From Salinispira sp. (GTDB taxonomy: Bacteria > Spirochaetota > Spirochaetia > DSM-27196 > Salinispiraceae), in assembly GCA_965226555.1 (NCBI GenBank), contig CBDDDG010000018.1, forward strand, positions 1 to 64,000: DNA of 64,000 nt. Direction: 5' to 3'. How positions within the stretch are numbered: the stretch's first letter is position 1; the number at the start of each line of letters is the position of its first letter. The position numbers and the translations under genes are program-made. The notes below the pieces were generated by a model that was not told the DNA's origin, made no database searches, and was given only the letters and a program-made list of their open reading frames with translations. This document shows positions 62,204 to 64,000 of this stretch, piece by piece.

Positions 62204-63543
62204 GAAACCTTTGCACATCATCGGGAATAATGGTATTCTGAGGAAAATTCACACAGAGAGCTGGGAATGAGCAATCGGGTTGTATTGCGCGCTGTCCGGC
62301 GCTGAAACAGGAGAACGCAATGGGAAATAATTGGAAAGAACATCATGGATCGCTGATCAATCAGGGTATTCAGGAAAGTAAAGCGCTGAAACGCTTTGAT
62401 AGCCTGTATGAACTGATCAATTGGAAGGAAATTGGGGAGATGCTCTGTGCTATCAACAACAAATCGATGGGAGCGAAAGGATATCATCCGGTTATGATGT
62501 TCAAAGTGCTGTTGCTGCAATCGTGGCAGAATCTCAGCGATGAAGGCATGGAAAATGCTCTTGCCTGCGACTTGGCATACAAGCGTTTTGTGGGGCTCAA
62601 TGTTCTCGATGATACTCCCGATCATTCCACGATATGGCGGTTTCGGGAACAACTGACCCGTAAGAATATTCTTAGTGCGCTCTTGGACACGGTGAATGCG
62701 CAGTTGGACAAGCAGGATTGTGAAGTGCACCGGGGCGCAGTCAGCATAATTGATGCGAGTGTCATACAGGCTTCGCGGCATCGGAAGAAAAAAAATGACG
62801 CAGGAGAATCGACACAGGATCCTGAAGCGGCCTACGCGAGTAAGAGGGGAGGCGATGGAACGGTACGAACAACCTACGGTTTCAAGATACACGTGACGGT
62901 AAATGAGAAGGGACGGGCGAAGAAACTGCTGGTGACTGCGGCTAATATTCATGACAGCAAACTATTTGGCGAATTGATTATGGGAAATGAGACGGTGGTG
63001 TACGCGGATGCCGCGTACCGGAGTAAAGCGATTGCTGCGATGCTTGAGGAGATGGGCATAGAGAATCAGATACATGAGCGGGCGTATCGGAACACACCGT
63101 TAACCGATGAGCAGAAGCAGGCGAATTACGGGCGGTCGCGCGTAAGGAATACGGTGGAGCGGTTTTTTGGTCTGAGCAAACTCCATTGCGGCGCAAGAAA
63201 GGCGCGGTATATGGGAGTTCAGAGGAATCAGAGTCGGTTTATGTGTATGGCGATTATGTATAATCTGAAACAGATGATCGGCATGAAACGGCGAATGGGG
63301 AACATGGCGCCGGAAAACTCTGCGGTTGCGGCATAACAACAGGATAGCTGTGCCCTTATGGCGGTACTGCTGCCGGAAATGAGGGAAATACTGAAAAAAG
63401 ATGAAAAAAAGAACGAATATAGCGCGTATCGCGCCGAAAAAAGATGGAGGATGCTGAAGAGAATAACGTGAAAAACGATGAATAATTTTTTCTGCGTGGA
63501 AAAAAGACTACCGGCAGATATAATGGAGTTATTCAAAAGTTTC
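62204..63543 (+). mobile_element. IS5-family element copy 2, full length (1340 bp)
   Basis: TIRs GAAACCTTTGCA / GAAACTTTTGAA; perfect TAATA TSD at 62199-62203 and 63544-63548. Confidence 0.95.
62320..63336 (+). CDS. IS5-family transposase
   Basis: PDHSTIWRFR, IIDASVI, YGFKIH, YADAAY and VERFFG. Confidence 0.95.
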   Translation: MGNNWKEHHGSLINQGIQESKALKRFDSLYELINWKEIGEMLCAINNKSMGAKGYHPVMMFKVLLLQSWQNLSDEGMENALACDLAYKRFVGLNVLDDTPDHSTIWRFREQLTRKNILSALLDTVNAQLDKQDCEVHRGAVSIIDASVIQASRHRKKKNDAGESTQDPEAAYASKRGGDGTVRTTYGFKIHVTVNEKGRAKKLLVTAANIHDSKLFGELIMGNETVVYADAAYRSKAIAAMLEEMGIENQIHERAYRNTPLTDEQKQANYGRSRVRNTVERFFGLSKLHCGARKARYMGVQRNQSRFMCMAIMYNLKQMIGMKRRMGNMAPENSAVAA

Positions 63544-63558
63544 TAATAAGATCGTACC

Positions 63559-63681
63559 GAAAATTTTGCTCCGCAAAATTTTCCAATAAGATTCTCCCAT
63601 CTATATATTTGATTCTCTCAAGATATAGAAAGTTTTGCTACTGGAAATTGTGCTTGCACAATTTTCCAAGGCAAAACTTTG
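63559..63681. mobile_element. Composite palindromic MITE, copy B (core inverted relative to copy A)
   Basis: Colinear with 20860-20983, except 63629-63680 is the exact reverse complement of 20931-20982. Confidence 0.9.
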
Positions 63682-64000
63682 TTAGGGAAAGGGAGCAAGA
63701 TACTGCGGGAATTCCCGCGTGTTCTGCTCTCTGACATTCCCGGGCACCTTCCATTTTCTCGTGCCATTATAGAACACAATGGGCAGAAATACCAACTCGC
63801 AGTCATCGGGAATTTCGCCAGTGCGGTGAATGTTCCGATAGAGCAGATTCGTATACTCCGACATGCGGAGGGGCATGTCTTTGTCCACTCCAGATTGATG
63901 CTCAAGGAGCACATAGATAGCAACATCTCCCGTGTGATCCCGACTTCTGATTTTGCAGACAATGTCGGCCATTCGTGTTTTCGCATGGTCGATAAAAAAG

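Larger units (their letters stand above)
61540..64000 (-). pseudogene. Rpn copy 3, interrupted by IS5 and a composite MITE; 5' end off the window
   Basis: ADIV, LLEHQS and PIVFYNG. Removing both inserts gives QYLAPF-RYDLISENDYSAEQLQQRGRM in one frame. Confidence 0.9.

Noticed and set aside
1..64000. tRNA/rRNA genes and prophage
   Set aside because: None recognisable by eye; a tRNAscan/Rfam run would be needed to exclude small RNAs.

Overview
A 64-kb chromosomal segment of a spirochete. The tmk-tamB-bamA-skp-mutS-comF and rny-ymdB-tlyA-GerMN-der gene orders match known Borrelia/Treponema synteny, and the FN3/DUF285 surface protein plus heavy IS/MITE load suggest a host-associated lineage (inference). 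Positions 1-8.8 kb are a restriction-modification island: an HTH-fused N6-MTase, a small PD-(D/E)XK nuclease, HsdR, an FRG-TPR gene and an HsdM-HsdS fusion, with many frameshifts that may be assembly artefacts. The middle is mostly housekeeping. The accessory layer stands out in three ways. (1) A family of 19-54 bp palindromes built from arms matching the resident IS5-family TIRs (GAAANTTTTGC...GCAAAANTTTC) occupies many intergenic gaps, overlaps stop codons and is translated into protein C-termini. One ~128-bp composite sits inside two rpn genes with its 32-bp core in opposite orientations, and only one orientation creates an amber stop. (2) A polymorphic Rpn (YhgA-like nuclease) family shows intragenic small-protein starts, a swapped C-terminal module and an unannotated stand-alone 58-aa RpnS-like cassette. 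(3) Nested IS5/IS481 elements are present, the IS481 with a 15-bp target duplication. All calls are from reading the sequence; no searches were run.
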